Position numbers and translations under genes: made by a program. This document shows, in pieces, positions 62,407 to 64,000 of a DNA stretch of 64,000 nt. Positions within the stretch are counted from its first letter, which is position 1, and every line of letters begins with the position of its first letter. The notes beneath the pieces were generated by a model. It was not told where the DNA came from and did not search any database. It saw nothing but the letters and a program-made list of their open reading frames with translations. Source of the DNA: Heterodontus francisci (Eukaryota); NCBI RefSeq assembly GCF_036365525.1, contig NW_027140807.1, forward strand, positions 186,001 to 250,000, written 5' to 3'.

Positions 62407-64000
62407 CATTCTCCATTTTCACTCTCTTTCTGCGACTCTCTACATCTTTATCTGTCTCTCTCTTTCCCTGTACCTGGACCCCTCCCTCTGGTCTCTTTAG
62501 TTGTGATTCGGTGAGTTCACAGCGGACTGTCTTCAATCTCATTGAAAAACTGTTTCCTCTGGTTTGTGATTCTCCCTCGGAGCTAAACCCTTGGAGTGCA
62601 GGTATCATTCTACTCTCTTAATACCACCCAATATTTCACACTCCTCCTTAACCACAATGTTTGCCTCATCCCCCTCTTTTATGACTATTTCACAATATTG
62701 TTACTCCTGTGATTAAAGGGACAGGGACAGAGGGGTTACGACATTGGGTAAGAGACAGAACACAGAGAGTAGTGGTGAACGGTTGTTTCAGACTGGAGGG
62801 AGGCATAGAGTGGTATCACCCAGAGATTTCTATTGGGACCACTGCTCTTTATGATGACATGACTTAGGTTTACAGAGCAGAACTTCAAAGTTTGCAGATG
62901 ACACAAAACTTTGGAAATGTAGTAAAGAGGGAAGAGAATAGTAGCAGACTTCAGGAAGCTATTGGCAGTCTGGTGAATTGACAGACACATGGCAGGTTAA
63001 ATTCAATGCTGAGAAATGTGAAGTGATGGATTTTGGAAGGAAGACTGGGAGAGGCAATATAAACTAAATGGTACAATGTTAAAATGGGTGCAGGAAGAGA
63101 GAGGCCTTACACATACAGGAGCTGACTGTCTCTCTCTCTCTCTCTCTCTCCCCATTTCACTCTCTCTCTTTCTCTTTCAATACCGATCCTGACTTTTCTC
63201 GGAATCCTTCTTGGTTGAATAGTTCCCTGAAATGTTTCAGTCTCACTGTTACAAGGAACAAGTCACATTTCTGTGGTATTTTCGATATCTTAATGATTCA
63301 ATTTGGAGCTTGGATTGTGTCAGGTAAATGTGGTTTCTCATTCAGACATTCCTGCATTGTGGAACTGTCAGTTATCTGTGCAGGGACAGGATATCGGGGT
63401 GTTTGAATGGAGTTGAAGATTTTGGTTGTTTGAATAGGGTGTGAATTAGATTGTGGATTGTGTCCCTGAATGTCTTTAAGCCGATGTCCTGAGAGAATGA
63501 AGTGGTTTACCAATGTCTGAATAACATCAAAGTCTTTAGACACATGAAAGAACAAGATTGGGGACAATATACAAAAGCTGAGACAGTCAGACAACAACAG
63601 GAGGAAGGTGAATGTCTTTTACAGTTTGTAATCTGAAAGCCTGAGCTAATGACTGAAAAAGCAGGAGTTCAAATCCCACATTGGGTTCTTGTGAATTTGA
63701 ATTTCTCTGAAAATAAAAAATAACTCTGGAATAATAAATCCTCCAAGTTGAAATGATTCCCTCTCACTGCTCTGACACTCATTTACCTTCAAGTAGCTTT
63801 TTCCAGTCCACTTTTTCTAAATCACCTTCCACCGGCCCAGCTTCATTCCCTAAATCTAAGTGTAAAACTGACCCATCTCTTGTTGTCCTTGCTATGTACT
63901 GGCCTGAAAAAGTTCCCCTGAATGTATATTTAGAATTCTGTGTCCTCGATACCTTTTACACTAGTCTCAGTTATCAATGCACTAGTTAGGTCTGCACTAG

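Noticed and set aside
45020-64000. D, J or C segments downstream of the inverted V
   Set aside because: By eye I found no 12-RSS-flanked segment, FGxG J motif or Ig C1 exon. A formal RSS scan was not possible.

Overview
Vertebrate genomic DNA, most likely from a shark or other cartilaginous fish (inferred from the repeat content and the V-gene families). Bases 1-29.6 kb hold a tandemly duplicated cluster of 13 minus-strand T-cell-receptor variable segments, most consistent with TCR beta. Each has a leader exon, an intron, a V exon and a heptamer/23-bp/nonamer RSS (one spacer is 17 bp). They fall into two families, 'YFCACS' (4 copies) and 'YFCAW(S/R/K)' (9 copies). A 14th V from a third family sits isolated and inverted at 44.4-45.0 kb. 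By my reading only 5 of the 14 look fully functional. I recognised no D, J or C segments. Bases 29.6-64 kb are a patchwork of inverted and direct segmental duplications, CR1/RTE/Penelope/SINE fragments and minisatellites, with decayed exon-like remnants. A full-length CR1 LINE with both ORFs intact lies at 39.2-43.5 kb. Its ORF1/ORF2 junction carries a canonical U_UUA_AAC -1 frameshift heptamer right at the ORF1 stop, which suggests an ORF1-ORF2 fusion made by programmed ribosomal frameshifting. Five N-gaps, several within CT microsatellites, mean the fine duplication structure may be affected by assembly.
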